From an uncultured Nitrospirota bacterium (lineage in GTDB: Bacteria > Nitrospirota > Nitrospiria > Nitrospirales > UBA8639): a stretch of DNA of 64,000 bases. Shown here piece after piece: positions 20,688 to 30,066 of this stretch (within the stretch, counting starts at the first letter, position 1; each line of letters starts with the position of its first letter). The notes under the pieces are model-generated. The model had not been told where the DNA came from, ran no database searches, and worked only from the letters and a program-made list of their open reading frames with translations. The position numbers and the translations under genes were made by a program. Location of the stretch: the NCBI GenBank assembly GCA_937139405.1, contig CAKZPV010000010.1, positions 7,864 to 71,863 on the forward strand. The letters are read 5' to 3'.

Positions 20688-21482
20688 ATGAGTAAACGGA
20701 TTTCAACCCCCAAATCGTTAATTCTTTGTGGATGTGTATTATTTTTACTCCAACCCGCCTGCGAGTCGGTTAAATCAAATGTATCTAGCTTAACAGGGGG
20801 AAATGAAGAAGCGGAGTACGAAGAAACTGATATTCCCATGAAACCTGTTCCTCAACTGAATGATGCGTATAGGGGGAAAGCAATAGTGGTGTCGTCTTTT
20901 GCTGAAAAGGACTTACGAAGCATATACAGTCGATATAGTTATTTGCGGGGCTGGTTAGGAAGCGCATCGACTGAATATGCCGTGCAGTTTTTAGCCGAGG
21001 CGGGTTTTGACGTTCTGGAAGGGCAAGGTGGCCAATTAAGTGAAGTGTTCGAGGAATTGGAATTGCAACAAAGTGGAGCTGTTGATTCGTCTCAAGCCGT
21101 CGAGATGGGGGAGATGGGCGCAGCGAGTTTAATTTTTGTCGGAGCTATTACAGATTTTACTCAGGTGGATAATCGAAAGAAAAATGATGTGTGCCTGCCA
21201 GGTATGGGATGTGTGGGTTTGGGGGGGGGCAAGCTTCAGTATGAAGTTGAAACAAGTGGGAGAATAATTGATATCAAAACCCGAAAAATTGTGGTTTCTG
21301 ACACAGCGTCCTTTAAGAAAATTTATAAGGATAGTAGTTTTAATGCCAAGGTGGCTGGATATAAGGTGGGTTCAGAAGAAGATAATCGGGTAAAGCGAGA
21401 AGCCAGCGGGAAAATCTTTAGGAAGGCTCTCAATTCTCTAGCGATCAAATTAGTGAACAAGCTTAATAGGAAAGCCAAGTAA
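20688..21482 (+). CDS. CsgG/HfaB family probable lipoprotein
   Basis: Signal-like N-terminus ending LLQPAC; FDVLE..LSEVFEELELQQSGAVD..AVEMG..GAASLIFVGAITDF matches the CsgG/HfaB pattern. Confidence 0.8.
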   Translation: MSKRISTPKSLILCGCVLFLLQPACESVKSNVSSLTGGNEEAEYEETDIPMKPVPQLNDAYRGKAIVVSSFAEKDLRSIYSRYSYLRGWLGSASTEYAVQFLAEAGFDVLEGQGGQLSEVFEELELQQSGAVDSSQAVEMGEMGAASLIFVGAITDFTQVDNRKKNDVCLPGMGCVGLGGGKLQYEVETSGRIIDIKTRKIVVSDTASFKKIYKDSSFNAKVAGYKVGSEEDNRVKREASGKIFRKALNSLAIKLVNKLNRKAK

Positions 21483-21613
21483 ATTCAGTGAACGTGCATT
21501 TTGGTTTCTAGAATACATCAATTGCGAACAGTCGGCTTGTACGTTTTCCCAGGAGAAAGAGCTTTCCTCCATTTGAAAAGCCCTTTCATTTGAGAGAGTC
21601 TTATGGTGTTAAC

Positions 21614-23152
21614 ATGAATAAATTGTTCAAAATCTTTGGTCTATGCATTTTTCTGCATGGCATTGTGTCTGTTGGGTGGCACGGTGACAGTATGGCTCAA
21701 GAAAAAAAAGCATCCTGGCAATCTTCATTGGTAAGGGAAATGGGTACTGCTGGGGCGATAGTCCCAACTGCGAAGTCTTTTCAGCATTCGTTGAAAAGTT
21801 TTGATATTGCTTTTGCAAAGGAATCTCCCTCGAAACGAGGTATTCAAGTAGAAGCAAATGTGAAACTACATGAAGAAAGCGTGAAGAGGTCTATCGGGAA
21901 ACGTTGGGGGGTGGTTATAGGTATTAATGACTATCAACGAGTTCCTGGATTGAATTATGCCGTCAATGATGCCAGAGCAGTAGGGCATAAATTAAATAAT
22001 TTGGGTTTTGATGAAGTTATTTTGTTAGAGAATGACCAGGCGACTAAAGCTAGTATTGAAGGGACCTTAAATGGATTAGCAAATAAAGTTGGTTTAGATG
22101 ATACCGTCGTGGTCTTTTTTGCTGGGCATGGGAATACTCTCGAAATGCCGAATGGCAGTCGGATGGGATATTGGGTTCCATTCGATGGAAATATGGAACA
22201 GGGGATTGCGACGGGCATTTCTATGGATACGATTCGGTTACTTTCACAAGCGATCCCCGCTCGGTACCTTCTTTATCTTATTGATGCATGCTATTCAGGA
22301 CTGGCTCTTCGTCAAATGTGGCCGGGAGATGGTGCCAACGGATTTGTTCGACAAATTATAACTGCGGGACGCAGCGGTGAGGAAGTGGTAGAGATCGACG
22401 GGCATGGCGTTTTTACTAATCTATTGTTACGGGCTTTTGATGGGGCAGCTGATGCAAACCGAGATGGTCAAATGACCGTCAGTGAATTAGGTGTCTATTT
22501 ACAATCTGAGGTGTCGAGGCAATCTCAGCGCGAGCAGAATCCTTTATTTGGGAGATGGGCGGGAGAGGAGGAGCTAACTTTTCGAGTTCCACATTTCGTG
22601 GATGAGCCAACGAGCTTGGCGGTAAGCCCAAAGCCTATTGCTGCTGAACCTCAAAGAACGATGAAGGACGAGAGCTCTTCGGCCCGAGTATTGGTCATGA
22701 TCCCTGAGACCTTAGACCATATTCCTGTTCGCTCACCACGAGCAGAGGGCATTATTATGCAAAAACTTATTGAAGGCGGGCTTGTGGTTATTGATCAAGA
22801 GCAAATTGATGAAATTCGCAATCCAGATGAAATAAAAAAGTTTTTGCAATCCGGAACCCGCAAACAGGCTCGATGGCTTGGGAAGCAATTTGGTGCACAT
22901 ATGGTGGTCATCGGGGAAGCTATAGGACAAACTTTTTATCCCAATATCGCAGGAAGTCGGTTTATTTCGACGGATGTACAGTTATTAGCCAAAATTATTT
23001 CGGTCAAAACAGGAAATGTCATTGATACTTTAAGTGTTGAAGGAAAGGGAATCGGAAAATCTCCTTTGATTTCTGGGAAAAAAGGCTTTGAGAAAGCTGG
23101 AAAGAAAATGAGTAAATTAATCTTGGAAAAAAGCAAAAATTTTCTTCGTTAA
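21614..23152 (+). CDS. Exported caspase-family (peptidase C14) protein with C-terminal CsgG/FlgT/TolB-N-like domain
   Basis: ATG at 21614 (MNKLFK); VVIGINDY, AVNDA, FFAGHG, LIDACYSG, GHGVFT, DANRDGQMTVSEL; C-terminal VIDQEQID..GKQFGAHMVVIGE..AKIISVKTG. Confidence 0.82.
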   Translation: MNKLFKIFGLCIFLHGIVSVGWHGDSMAQEKKASWQSSLVREMGTAGAIVPTAKSFQHSLKSFDIAFAKESPSKRGIQVEANVKLHEESVKRSIGKRWGVVIGINDYQRVPGLNYAVNDARAVGHKLNNLGFDEVILLENDQATKASIEGTLNGLANKVGLDDTVVVFFAGHGNTLEMPNGSRMGYWVPFDGNMEQGIATGISMDTIRLLSQAIPARYLLYLIDACYSGLALRQMWPGDGANGFVRQIITAGRSGEEVVEIDGHGVFTNLLLRAFDGAADANRDGQMTVSELGVYLQSEVSRQSQREQNPLFGRWAGEEELTFRVPHFVDEPTSLAVSPKPIAAEPQRTMKDESSSARVLVMIPETLDHIPVRSPRAEGIIMQKLIEGGLVVIDQEQIDEIRNPDEIKKFLQSGTRKQARWLGKQFGAHMVVIGEAIGQTFYPNIAGSRFISTDVQLLAKIISVKTGNVIDTLSVEGKGIGKSPLISGKKGFEKAGKKMSKLILEKSKNFLR

Positions 23153-23576
23153 GGCTAGTTATGAGGAATTTGGTTCAGGGGGAAACCCTGGAATGGAATT
23201 CCTGGTCTTGATTCACTTGGAGAGAGAATATGATGTACTTATTTAATAGGAATCTTTCTTGATTTGTTCCTATATTTGTAAAGAAAAGCCACTTTTCCCT
23301 TCCGTTAAATTGATCTCCCCGTAAAAAATCAAAGCCTCAAAACCTTTGCAACGAACTAGAAAGGTTGCCACGTAAGAGATTCGCTATAGCGCATTTTAGG
23401 ATGCATACGATAGCTGGTGCCTTATTATTTCTATCATTGAAAAGGGTTAGAAATGTTTTGGAGGTATGACTCTTTCTTGCAAGTTATTTTTGGCTGGCAG
23501 ATACACCAAAACTTGGTGCCATTCATACTTGACGCAAGGGGAAATTGGCTATGGATTAACGAAGGGGAGAGTGGGT

Positions 23577-23894
23577 TTAGGTGTCAGGATATTCCATCCA
23601 GGTTTCTTTTTCAGCGAGGTATTTTTGGCCTTTGAAGTTAAGGCGAGTGCGTATTTTGGTGAAGCCAAATACATGGAGTTGATCAACGATATCTTTCGTG
23701 GTTTCTTGCACGGTTCGGTGAATCTGGGAATCAATGGTTAGGGCCTCATACATGATGGACCCGTTATAGCCTCCTTCAACCCGTTTGATCGGGATTAACC
23801 GATTGAAGTATCGATCACTGGGGTCGGTTCCTTCCAGTTGATGTCTTTCTACAACAGCATTTTTGACTCGAAACGATAAGGGTAAAGAGGTCAT
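23577..23894 (-). CDS. Hypothetical protein (105 aa)
   Basis: ATG at 23894 with GGAG 9 nt upstream; natural-looking composition; family not recognised. Confidence 0.7.
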   Translation of the reverse strand: MTSLPLSFRVKNAVVERHQLEGTDPSDRYFNRLIPIKRVEGGYNGSIMYEALTIDSQIHRTVQETTKDIVDQLHVFGFTKIRTRLNFKGQKYLAEKETWMEYPDT

Positions 23895-24008
23895 AGGTGT
23901 TAGCTCCAGGTAGACAGAGGCTGAACAATTTTTTGTGGAATGCACAATAATAGATTACGGCCTTCGCGGAAAGGATTATAGGCTGCTCTGAAATGGGCTG
24001 CAAGCCTG

Positions 24009-24038
24009 TTGACTTGTGTCAGAAACGGCACGTACTCT
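24009..24038 (+). promoter_or_regulatory. Putative sigma70 promoter upstream of pgsA-pilBTC
   Basis: TTGACT-N18-TACTCT. Confidence 0.3.
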
Positions 24039-24065
24039 TGACTATTCCTAGGACAAACTACGGTA

Positions 24066-24683
24066 GTGGAAAGGCCGTGTAGCGAAATGGATCGTGAATC
24101 ATCGGTTCCCGATATTCCAATCAATATTCCTAATAGTTTAACCGTCCTGAGAATTCTCTTAGTCCCTGTTTTTGTTGGACTTTTACTCTATGGACACTAC
24201 GATTCTGCTCTCATTACTCTCCTGATAGCGTCCTTAACCGACGTTCTGGATGGAATGGTCGCCCGCATGACTGACCAAAGGACTCGCCTTGGCGAATATT
24301 TGGATCCCTTGGCCGATAAAATCTTGTTAATGTCGGCGATTATTACCCTTTCCGTTTTGGGTTTCATTCCGATCTGGGCAGTCATTATTGTGGTCAGTCG
24401 CGATGCCATTTTACTGGCTGGTACGGTCGTGGCAAATTTGACTGAAACTGATATCGATATTTCTCCCACCGCATTGGGTAAAGGGACCACCTTTTCTCAA
24501 ATCTGTTACGTCCTTGCCATCATGTTGTTCATGACGGAAAAAGTGCCTGTTATTGCTCTGGATCCTTTCTTATGGATCATGGTGGCAATGACGATTGGCT
24601 CAGGGGTTCATTATTTGCTTCGTGGGATTCAGAATGTGAATGGCTCCAATAAGAAAATGGATTCAGAAGGAGCGCCACCGTGA
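24066..24683 (+). CDS. CDP-alcohol phosphatidyltransferase (PgsA-like)
   Basis: NIPNSLTVLR, TDVLDGMVAR....T.LG..LDPLADK. Confidence 0.93.
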   Translation: MERPCSEMDRESSVPDIPINIPNSLTVLRILLVPVFVGLLLYGHYDSALITLLIASLTDVLDGMVARMTDQRTRLGEYLDPLADKILLMSAIITLSVLGFIPIWAVIIVVSRDAILLAGTVVANLTETDIDISPTALGKGTTFSQICYVLAIMLFMTEKVPVIALDPFLWIMVAMTIGSGVHYLLRGIQNVNGSNKKMDSEGAPP

Positions 24684-26446
24684 TTCGCGAACGGGTTGGT
24701 CATCAGTTAGTAGAAGCGAAGGTGGTCTCGCAAGAGGATTTGGCTCAAGCATTGGCAATTCAACAGGGCGAAGGAGGGCGGCTTGGGAGTATTCTTGTTC
24801 GCATGGGCGTACTTTCCGAATCAACCTTGTTGGAATTTCTAAGCCAGCACTATGGTGTGCCCACCGTAGAGCTTTCCACTTGCTCCTTTGATCCCGACCT
24901 TTTGGCACTTCTTCCCGAAGCTCTTGTTCAACAGCATTTAGTTGTCCCGGTCAAACAAACGACTTCCCGCTTAACGTTGGCGATGGTTGACCCAACTAAT
25001 TCCTCATTATTAGACGAGCTTCGTTTCAGAACGGGTCTCCACATTATTCCGATGGTTGCGTCCGAATCTGATGTTCGTACGATCATTCGTCAGGCGTATG
25101 GTCAACCTCAAAATGGGTTTTCGTCAAAGAAAAGAGTGGCATCTGGAAATGGGGTAGTTGCTCAAAAGACAAAAGAGGTTAAACCCTTGTCAGCATCATC
25201 TTCGGCGGTGTTTGATCGAGGGAGGAGTGTTGCCTCAATTACTGATTCCGTTTCTACGACGGACCACAATTTTAGTATTGAGCGTGATGCTTCGGCTGTG
25301 GATGTGGTGAATGCTCTGGTTCAAGAAGCCATTGAGATGGATGCTAGCGACATTCATGTTGAACCCCTGGAAAATTTGCTCCGGATCCGTTTTCGGTTGG
25401 ATGGCGTATTACGGCCGATTCACAATCTTCCCAAAGATCTTCATCAGTCGTTATTGGCTCGGCTCAAAATCCTATCTAACCTAGATATTGCTGAGCGGCG
25501 GTTGCCGCAAGACGGCCGTATAAAAATAGATGAATTTCCGCAGGTCGATATTCGTTTGGCTATTTTGCCCTGTTTGTTTGGCGAAAAAGCGGTTTTGCGT
25601 CTTTTAAACCAATCTGGCCTGGCTTTGCATCTCACCAATCTCGGTTTGGATCAGGCTGATTTAGATCGAGTGACTACAGCTCTAGAAAATCCTTATGGAA
25701 TGATCTTGGTTACCGGTCCCACTGGGTGTGGGAAGACCACAACTCTTTATAGTGCGTTGCAGTATCTCAATACACCGCACATGAATATCGTGACCGTAGA
25801 GGATCCTGTCGAGTTTCAGATTCAGGGGATTAATCAATTGCAAATTCATGAAGAAATTGGTTTGAGTTTTTCTACGGGATTGCGATCATTTTTACGTCAA
25901 GATCCGGATGTCATGATGGTTGGAGAAATTCGTGATCGTGAAACCGCTCAAATTGCGATTCAAGCTTCATTGACGGGTCACCGAGTTTTATCCACGCTCC
26001 ATACTATGAATGGGCCAGGGGCTATCACCCGTCTCATTGATATGGGGATTGAACCCTTTTTGGTTTCTTCAGCGATCTCTCTCATTATCGGCCAAAGGCT
26101 TGTCCGGAAAATTTGTGAGCGTTGTTCTGAGCCCGACATGGTCTCGCCAATTCAATTACAAAAGGTAGGGTTTGATAAGGACATGATTGGAGCGGTGCAA
26201 GCAAAGAAAGGGGGTGGCTGCGAACAATGTCACATGACCGGATACAGAGGGCGGATGGCGTTGTTTGAAACTTTGCCAATTGTTGACACGCTACATGACA
26301 AAATCTTAACTCGTGCCTCAATTAGCGAAATTCGAGCCTGTGCGAAAGAGGAAGGGTTTCGAACGTTGCGTCAAGCGGGGTTGCTTGCGGTCCAGCAAGC
26401 TCGCACGACGATAAGTGAAATTCTGACAGAAACGAGCGCCGATTGA
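24680..26446 (+). CDS. pilB: Type IV pilus assembly ATPase PilB (GspE family)
   Basis: N-terminal MshEN-like segment, ASDIHVEP, RRLPQDG, GPTGCGKTT, LRQDPDVMMVGEIRD, CxxC...CxxC. Confidence 0.92.
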   Translation: MIRERVGHQLVEAKVVSQEDLAQALAIQQGEGGRLGSILVRMGVLSESTLLEFLSQHYGVPTVELSTCSFDPDLLALLPEALVQQHLVVPVKQTTSRLTLAMVDPTNSSLLDELRFRTGLHIIPMVASESDVRTIIRQAYGQPQNGFSSKKRVASGNGVVAQKTKEVKPLSASSSAVFDRGRSVASITDSVSTTDHNFSIERDASAVDVVNALVQEAIEMDASDIHVEPLENLLRIRFRLDGVLRPIHNLPKDLHQSLLARLKILSNLDIAERRLPQDGRIKIDEFPQVDIRLAILPCLFGEKAVLRLLNQSGLALHLTNLGLDQADLDRVTTALENPYGMILVTGPTGCGKTTTLYSALQYLNTPHMNIVTVEDPVEFQIQGINQLQIHEEIGLSFSTGLRSFLRQDPDVMMVGEIRDRETAQIAIQASLTGHRVLSTLHTMNGPGAITRLIDMGIEPFLVSSAISLIIGQRLVRKICERCSEPDMVSPIQLQKVGFDKDMIGAVQAKKGGGCEQCHMTGYRGRMALFETLPIVDTLHDKILTRASISEIRACAKEEGFRTLRQAGLLAVQQARTTISEILTETSAD

Positions 26447-27582
26447 ATACCAGCAACTCTAACAAAGAATCTGGAAAAGAGACGCAATTGGTCGAATTGT
26501 TACGGGAGTTACGTCAGCAAGGAGGCTCGGACTTGCACCTTGTGGCGGATAGTGTGCCGCGTTTTCGTATTGATGGTCATTTGCGACCCATGAAGACCGT
26601 AGTTCTCACGAGTCAGGATGTGAGCCAATTCGCTCACCATCTGCTTACTCAAGAACAACAACGGCAATTGGTGAAGACTGGTGAATGGGATTTTGCGCGC
26701 AACATTCCAGAAATGGGTCGATTCCGGTTCCATTTGTATACTCAACGGGGTTCTTTGGCTATGGCGATTCGTGTCGTTCCAGATACCATTTCGTCACTAG
26801 AAGAATTAGGGTTGCCATCCGTTGTGAAAGATTTGATGCAAAAGGCTCAAGGCCTTGTTCTCGTTACTGGTCCGACAGGCAGCGGAAAAAGTACAACCTT
26901 GGCTGCCATGTTGGATCAAGTCAATCAAGACCGGCAGGCTCACATTGTTTCGCTTGAAGATCCCGTTGAGACGCTCCATTCGCATAAGCAGAGTCTGGTT
27001 TCTCAGTTAGAGGTGGGGTCTGATGTTCAAGATTTTCATATGGCACTTAAAGGTATGTTACGACAAGATCCGGACATCGTGTTTTTAGGAGAATTGCGAG
27101 ATCGTGAGACGATTCAAGCGGCTCTGACAATGGCGGAAACTGGGCATTTGACCGTGGCTACATTGCATACCAATTCTGCCATTCAATCCTTAACGCGGCT
27201 TATTTCTGTTTTTCCAACTCATCAACAATCAGAAGTACGTGCCCAATTGTCAATGGTGTTGGAGGGGGTGTTGTCTCAACGACTGCTGCCTCGGCGTGAA
27301 GCAGCCGGGAGGACGTTGGCCATGGAAATTTTAATTCTTTCTCCCGCCATTCAGAATCTCATTCGCGAAGATAAGTTGCATCAAATCTATTCGATGATGC
27401 AAACGGGGAAGGTGCAATACGGTATGCAGACGATGAATCAGGCGCTAGCTGATTTAGTGAGCCAAAAGATAATTGCCTCGGAAGTAGCATTCGCGCTGAC
27501 GATGTTTCCTGATGAATTAACAAAGTTGATAGAACAAACCGGGCGTATTCGATCTTCGTCAATGTTTCTAGCGCAGTTCTGA
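26443..27582 (+). CDS. pilT: Type IV pilus retraction ATPase PilT
   Basis: GPTGSGKST, EDPVE, LRQDPDIVFLGELRD, TLHT, AIQNLIRE, GMQTMNQ. Confidence 0.92.
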   Translation: MNTSNSNKESGKETQLVELLRELRQQGGSDLHLVADSVPRFRIDGHLRPMKTVVLTSQDVSQFAHHLLTQEQQRQLVKTGEWDFARNIPEMGRFRFHLYTQRGSLAMAIRVVPDTISSLEELGLPSVVKDLMQKAQGLVLVTGPTGSGKSTTLAAMLDQVNQDRQAHIVSLEDPVETLHSHKQSLVSQLEVGSDVQDFHMALKGMLRQDPDIVFLGELRDRETIQAALTMAETGHLTVATLHTNSAIQSLTRLISVFPTHQQSEVRAQLSMVLEGVLSQRLLPRREAAGRTLAMEILILSPAIQNLIREDKLHQIYSMMQTGKVQYGMQTMNQALADLVSQKIIASEVAFALTMFPDELTKLIEQTGRIRSSSMFLAQF

Positions 27583-27600
27583 GCAGGATTGTAGGGCTTG

Positions 27601-27709
27601 GTGAGGAGTTCTGGAGTGAAAAGTAAAAAGTGAGGAGTAAAAGACGAGAAGAGCTTGCTATTCATGCTTCTTGCTCCCGTCTGATTGTTTCTTTTTCTTA
27701 CTTTTTACT
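27601..27709. repeat. Period-7 inverted-repeat element between pilT and pilC
   Basis: gtgagga...gtgaaaa/gtaaaaa/gtgagga/gtaaaag; 27622-27634 pairs with 27697-27709 (13 bp, one G-T). Confidence 0.7.
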
Positions 27710-27766
27710 GCTGGCAATTCACTGGTTTAATTAGGCAAGTTATAGAAACGATTGAGAAACTATCAG

Positions 27767-28987
27767 ATGGCGATGTTTCAGTACATGGCGAAAAACGTAG
27801 TGGGGCAGTCCATTCACGGAGAAATTGCCGCGACTTCTTCTCAGGAAGCTATTCAATTGCTTCGCCGGCAGGATATGTTCGTGACACGCCTCACAGAAAA
27901 AATGGGCGGTGCGATGAATGCCAGTCAAAAGAAAATTTCTTGGAGAAATCCACATGTGACGAACAAAGAACTTGTGGCCTTTACCCATCAATTTTCCACA
28001 TTGATTCGAGCAGGCGTTCCGTTGTTGGAATGTTTGGATATTCTGGGAACTGAGGTTGAAAATTCAGCTTGGCATTCGGTGCTTCAGCATATTCGTGACG
28101 ATGTTGAACAGGGTGCATTGTTAGCTCAGGCTCTTGGGCATTTTTCGACCATTTTTCATGAATTCTATCGAAGGATGGTTGAAGTTGGAGAAACCACTGG
28201 TCGGTTGGATGAAAGTCTGTCGCAGCTAGCCATCTATCTAGATAAACAGGCACAGTTGCGAGCCAAAATTATTTCTGCCCTGGCTTACCCTGCTTTGCTC
28301 GTGACCGTGGCCTTACTGGTCTTTGTTTTTTTGCTCATCTGGGTTGTGCCGTTATTTTCTGGGCTTTTTCAAGAGTTTGGCGAATCTCTTCCATGGTTGA
28401 CTCAGATAGTTATTCATCTTGCAGATGGCCTACGTGAGCATGTATTTATTCTGGTAGGGCTGTTGGGAGGTCTGGTCCTGGCAGGCCGAATCTTGTCGAC
28501 CAAGGCGATGGGCCGACGGTTTATAGATGAGATACTTTTGAGTCTTCCCTTGGTTGGGGCAATTTTCCGAAAATCGGCCATTGTGCGGTTTTCTCGAACA
28601 TTGGGCTTTTTAGTTCACCGAGGAGTCCCGTTGCTAACCGGCTTGTCGGTGGCGGCAACGGTGACAGGTAATTCTGTGATTGAACAAAGCATTAAAGCCG
28701 TAGCGACTGAAGTTCAAGATGGGAAGTTGCTTTCTGAAACGCTACGGGCCAGCGGCATGTTTCCGCCCATGGTGACGCAGATGATTAAAGTTGGCGAATC
28801 AACCGGATCGTTAGATACGATGCTTGAGAAGATTGCAGATTTATTTGAGCAAGAAGTAGATCGGGTAGTTGTCGCAATGACATCGGTATTAGAGCCTTGT
28901 GTTATTGTGGTTGTGGGGAGTGGGATTGCTCTTGTAGTCGTGGCCATGTATCTTCCCATTTTTTCAATTGGATCGATTATTGGATAG
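27767..28987 (+). CDS. pilC: Type IV pilus inner-membrane platform PilC (GspF family)
   Basis: ATG at 27767; FTHQFSTLIRAGVPL, GETTGRLD, ALAYP, GESTGSLD, AMYLPIF. Confidence 0.93.
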   Translation: MAMFQYMAKNVVGQSIHGEIAATSSQEAIQLLRRQDMFVTRLTEKMGGAMNASQKKISWRNPHVTNKELVAFTHQFSTLIRAGVPLLECLDILGTEVENSAWHSVLQHIRDDVEQGALLAQALGHFSTIFHEFYRRMVEVGETTGRLDESLSQLAIYLDKQAQLRAKIISALAYPALLVTVALLVFVFLLIWVVPLFSGLFQEFGESLPWLTQIVIHLADGLREHVFILVGLLGGLVLAGRILSTKAMGRRFIDEILLSLPLVGAIFRKSAIVRFSRTLGFLVHRGVPLLTGLSVAATVTGNSVIEQSIKAVATEVQDGKLLSETLRASGMFPPMVTQMIKVGESTGSLDTMLEKIADLFEQEVDRVVVAMTSVLEPCVIVVVGSGIALVVVAMYLPIFSIGSIIG

Positions 28988-29001
28988 AAGGAGAGTGAAT
29001 C

Positions 29002-29949
29002 TTGGTTGAAATTTCGGCTTCTGAGCAGGAAATTATCGTACAGGCTCCCGCCAAGGTAAATCTCTGTATTCGTGTTTTAGATCGGTTGCCGAATGGCTAT
29101 CATGAACTGTGGTCCCTCATGCATTCAGTAGATGTGTTTGATCAACTTTGCATTCGTTTGAATCCCAATCACGATGGTATTCAATTAACGTGTGACAATG
29201 TTGCTTTGCCGGTTGATCAGAGAAATCTGGTGTATCGAGCTGCCGAGAGCGTGATGCGTCATAGTGAAGAATCGGTGGGAGTGGATATTGCCCTTCGGAA
29301 AATCATTCCTCTGGCCGCGGGGTTGGGCGGTGGGAGTAGTGATGCGGCAGCGGCCATTTATGGGTTGAATCATTTGCTGAAGTTGGAGTGGGGCCTTTCG
29401 GAAATGAATGAAGTTGGTGCTGAGTTGGGGAGTGATATTCCCTTCTTTTTTCAATCTCCGTGCGCCATGGTCCGAGGCTGGGGGCACGAAGTGACTCCCT
29501 GTAAGATCACCGGTCAACGCTGGGTCGTGTTGGTTAATCCAGGATTTCCGATTCAGACCAAATGGGCGTATGAGCAATTGGCAGGTTCCCGGTCTGATGT
29601 TCCTCTTTTGGGTCCTTGGCCTAAAGCGGTGGAAAGTGAGTTGCAGATATCTTGGGAAGAAGTGATTCATGCCATGGAGAATGATTTTGAAACTCCTTTG
29701 TTTCCCGTCTACCCCATTTTAGAATTTATGAAAGAAAAATTGCGTGCACTTGGAGCCCAAGCAGCGCTCTTATCAGGAAGTGGAGCCACAGTCTTTGGGG
29801 TATTCGCTACCGCAGAGGATGCTCAGGCTGCAGCTGCTCAGTTACAACGTGACACGCAATGGCTCGTCTTCAATGCTCCCATGGGAGTTTCAGGCTTGCC
29901 ACATACTCCAATTCTGCATGAAGCCTCTCCAGAAGCCCTTCCTATCTGA
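29002..29949 (+). CDS. ispE: 4-diphosphocytidyl-2-C-methyl-D-erythritol kinase
   Basis: APAKVNL, GYHEL, KIIPLAAGLGGGSSDAA, LSGSG. Confidence 0.96.
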   Translation: MVEISASEQEIIVQAPAKVNLCIRVLDRLPNGYHELWSLMHSVDVFDQLCIRLNPNHDGIQLTCDNVALPVDQRNLVYRAAESVMRHSEESVGVDIALRKIIPLAAGLGGGSSDAAAAIYGLNHLLKLEWGLSEMNEVGAELGSDIPFFFQSPCAMVRGWGHEVTPCKITGQRWVVLVNPGFPIQTKWAYEQLAGSRSDVPLLGPWPKAVESELQISWEEVIHAMENDFETPLFPVYPILEFMKEKLRALGAQAALLSGSGATVFGVFATAEDAQAAAAQLQRDTQWLVFNAPMGVSGLPHTPILHEASPEALPI

Positions 29950-29964
29950 ATCCAAGAATATGAG

Positions 29965-29994
29965 TTGACAAGACACAGATTTTCGCATTAACTT
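29965..29994 (+). promoter_or_regulatory. Putative sigma70 promoter for prs
   Basis: TTGACA-N18-TAACTT. Confidence 0.4.
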
Positions 29995-30066
29995 TCCTCT
30001 GTTTTTCTCTAAATTTGCTCGGTCAAAATAACTTGTTCCATTTCATTTGGAAGGTAAGTGTACTTC

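Noticed and set aside
23453-23741. Plus-strand ORFs 23453-23635 and 23466-23741
   Set aside because: GGAGGT abuts the ATG with zero spacing, they overlap the better-supported minus-strand gene, and they have no motifs.
29950-30066. tRNA-Gln often found between ispE and prs
   Set aside because: No T-loop (GGTTCGA) or cloverleaf; only a promoter-like sequence is present.
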